Of a DNA stretch of 64,000 bases, positions 61,836-64,000 are shown piece by piece. The translations under genes were made by a program, and so were the position numbers. A model generated the notes under the pieces. The model saw nothing but the letters and a program-made list of their open reading frames with translations. It was not told the origin of the DNA and ran no database searches. Origin of the DNA: a virus; the IMG/VR virus record IMGVR_UViG_3300032053_000048, positions 1-64,000 of that record, one strand, 5' to 3'. Position 1 is the stretch's first letter, and each line of letters opens with the position of its first letter.

Positions 61836-63800
61836 TTAAGTGATTATTAGTGATTTATCTTTGGTTACATATAAGCTGATTATCTGAGCAGCGCAATCAA
61901 TAAGGTTATTCACGCTCTCCCTGTTATCTATAAAGATCGGGGCTATTACCTGGTTGTGATTACTCAGGGTATTGATGATATCGAGCCCGGCATTGATCTT
62001 TGCTGCATTATTAAGGTCCGAATACGGTACGCCATCGACAGTACATTCGCAGGTATCCTCAATGCCTCCGTTGATCTGGAAGTTAAATAATTTGAACTTA
62101 ACGTATTCAAACCTCTCATTGATCAGGCTCTCGAACATCTTTGTCTTGGTGTGGGCGAATATCGTAAGGCCGTATTCATTGTTTTCCACGTCAGCGACCT
62201 GCTGAGCGAGACTTTCCTGCTCGGCCTCCAGCTCCAAAGCTCTGACGGTGCCTTTATCTCTGGTTTTGCGCCGTTCCTCAGACTTAGAGTTATTATCCAG
62301 CCAGGTCCTGATCTCCCTTCTCTCTGTCTCAAGTGCGCTGGTGTCCTCGGCAGCTGCCATCGGATTCTCGGCAATCCACCGACAGCAATCATCGTACTGT
62401 TGTTTATATACAGCATGATCGGTTTTGGGAATCTCGATATTGATGAATTCCTCGGCTGTCATTAAACCAAGAAATATAATATTCTTATGTTTACCGGACT
62501 TAACCCTGATCTCATCTAAGAGTTTTTGATCAGCCTCGATCTTGGCTTTAACCTCCTCGATCTTTGCTTTCAGTTCCTTGCCTATCTTCTCATTGGCAGC
62601 AATAGCAGTGACTTTGCTTGCCTCGAATTCCTTTTGTGCTTTCTCCTGGTCAGCACGTTTATAATCCTCCGGCAGTTCCTGACCACAGGTAGGGCATTTA
62701 CCGTCACCCTCCCATATCAATTTTTGCGCTCGGAGTTTCTTCCATTCAGCAACCTTGCCATCCTTACGGAGCTCCAAGTCCCTCTGATCGATATTCAGAT
62801 TAGTTATACGCTTAGTGATTGTCTCAAATTGATAGTTGAGGGTTCGGCCTTCTTCTTCCCATATCCGATAGTCGTTCTCGTACTTATACTTATGGTCAGC
62901 ATATTTGGTTTTAAGACTGTTTACTATATCAAGCAATAAGGCCTGAGTTTTATCTCTTGAGATGATCTTCTTTGTCAATTCCGAATTGGTTGCTTCTATC
63001 CTGACTGTTGCAGACTTAGTAAGTTCGTCAATAGCTGCCAGCCTGATTGATTGGTTGGTGGCCTCTCTTTCCAGATCGTCCCACTGTTCTATTTCCGGCA
63101 TCCCACGTTTCACTTCATCAATTCGGGAAGGTATCTTATCAAGATCATCCTTGAGCTTCTTTCTGGTGGCAGATAGCATTTCCCGCATCCGGGATATGAT
63201 TTTCTTTTCTGTAATGACTGTCATTAAGAAATCCCGGGCTTTCTCGCTCAGGTCGCTTGGCAGGTTGGCAAATACCTCAGTGTCGGAGAGTTCAGGGGCC
63301 AATGAGATGAGGATATTTCGCTGAACTGACCAGTTTTGGGTAGGAAAGAATTCTGGATTAGTCAGTAATTTGAACAGGGCCTCGGGACAAATAGCATCTA
63401 TTTCCTTGTTATATTCTGCCATTGTCACCGGTGCATTATCAACATAGTATAGTGTCTCGTTTCCCTGAAATACTGTTTCGGTCTGTCCCCTGGGCTTAAC
63501 CCATTTCTCTTTAAGGACCCGGCGCAGCATCAGCGATCTGCCGTTGACCATCAGCTGACTGCTGACCTCATGTTCTATATAAGGTATGGCTTTCCCATCA
63601 GGTCCGAGAGTCTTTACATTGAAGTCCTTCCGGTCTGTCGAGTCTTTGCCGAACAGTAGCCAGAGGAATCCGTCAAAGATCGTGGTTTTGCCTGTGGCAT
63701 TTTCCCCACTGATCGATGTTTGATGAGTAAATTCAACGAGCAGCTGCTTTATGCCCTTGAAGTTTACAAATCCGAGTTTCTTTAATTCGATTGTTGTCAT
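61836..63800 (-). CDS. SMC/SbcC-like AAA ATPase with zinc hook
   Basis: NFKG, GENATGKTT, CPTCGQ, LNNAAKINAGLDII and PIFIDNRES motifs. Confidence 0.88.
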   Translation of the reverse strand: MTTIELKKLGFVNFKGIKQLLVEFTHQTSISGENATGKTTIFDGFLWLLFGKDSTDRKDFNVKTLGPDGKAIPYIEHEVSSQLMVNGRSLMLRRVLKEKWVKPRGQTETVFQGNETLYYVDNAPVTMAEYNKEIDAICPEALFKLLTNPEFFPTQNWSVQRNILISLAPELSDTEVFANLPSDLSEKARDFLMTVITEKKIISRMREMLSATRKKLKDDLDKIPSRIDEVKRGMPEIEQWDDLEREATNQSIRLAAIDELTKSATVRIEATNSELTKKIISRDKTQALLLDIVNSLKTKYADHKYKYENDYRIWEEEGRTLNYQFETITKRITNLNIDQRDLELRKDGKVAEWKKLRAQKLIWEGDGKCPTCGQELPEDYKRADQEKAQKEFEASKVTAIAANEKIGKELKAKIEEVKAKIEADQKLLDEIRVKSGKHKNIIFLGLMTAEEFINIEIPKTDHAVYKQQYDDCCRWIAENPMAAAEDTSALETERREIRTWLDNNSKSEERRKTRDKGTVRALELEAEQESLAQQVADVENNEYGLTIFAHTKTKMFESLINERFEYVKFKLFNFQINGGIEDTCECTVDGVPYSDLNNAAKINAGLDIINTLSNHNQVIAPIFIDNRESVNNLIDCAAQIISLYVTKDKSLIIT

Positions 63801-63804
63801 ATAG

Positions 63805-64000
63805 TTAGTTTAAGTTTTCAATAGAATAATCAGGCCTTGTCAGTTCTGCCCTTGCTTTCTCCTTCTCGCTTATAAAAAATTCATGTAGTTCCTCGCGTTC
63901 CGCATGGGTCATTCCCTCGACCAGTCCCGGGTTGAGTACGTCCATGAGCCTTATCATAAATGATCTGCTGGCAAAAGCCAGTGCAATTACTTTTTCTTCC
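63805..64000 (-). CDS. Hypothetical protein, partial (5' end outside window)
   Basis: Open frame ...EEKVIALAFASRSFMIRLMDVLNPG...ENLN* ending just before the SMC-like gene. Confidence 0.5.
   Translation of the reverse strand, partial: EEKVIALAFASRSFMIRLMDVLNPGLVEGMTHAEREELHEFFISEKEKARAELTRPDYSIENLN

Larger units (their letters stand above)
1..64000. mobile_element. Tailed phage/prophage genome segment (podovirus-like, probable Bacteroidota host)
   Basis: Portal, large terminase, capsid, tail fibres, lysis cassette and recombination/replication genes fill the window. No host housekeeping genes, integrase or att site seen. Confidence 0.95.

Noticed and set aside
1-64000. Stop-codon reassignment, tRNAs, CRISPR arrays, introns/inteins, integrase
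   Set aside because: Genes tile densely under the standard code with all three stops used. None of these elements was recognised by eye, though dedicated scans were not run.

Overview
The whole window is part of a tailed dsDNA phage or prophage genome, probably infecting a Bacteroidota host (TAnnTTTG promoter boxes, A-rich leaders mostly lacking Shine-Dalgarno sites). It is most likely podovirus-like: it has ejection-type proteins and no tape measure or sheath is seen. From left to right: a tail protein running off the left edge and a possible small terminase (-); ejection proteins and a 5421-aa polyvalent protein (ART, pyrophosphatase, N6-MTase, Strawberry-notch helicase, metallopeptidase, LPD38-like) plus the portal (+); an inverted large-terminase operon (-); scaffold, capsid, neck, tail fibres, lysis cassette and more structural genes (+); then the early/replication region (-) with DUF5131, a DnaC-like ATPase, initiator, antirepressor, MBL nuclease, RecT and an SMC-like ATPase. 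The most striking observations are: (1) protein-like ORFs overprinted in the +1 frame inside linkers of the giant gene, one with its own promoter box; (2) a small Tat-signal protein carrying a conserved copy of a portal segment; (3) a capsid protein with a signal-peptide-like leader; (4) the same tandem-box promoter architecture in both divergent late intergenic regions; (5) a beta-domain inserted repeatedly into structural proteins; (6) a repeat-linked array of small early genes. All family assignments come from motif recognition by eye, not database searches.
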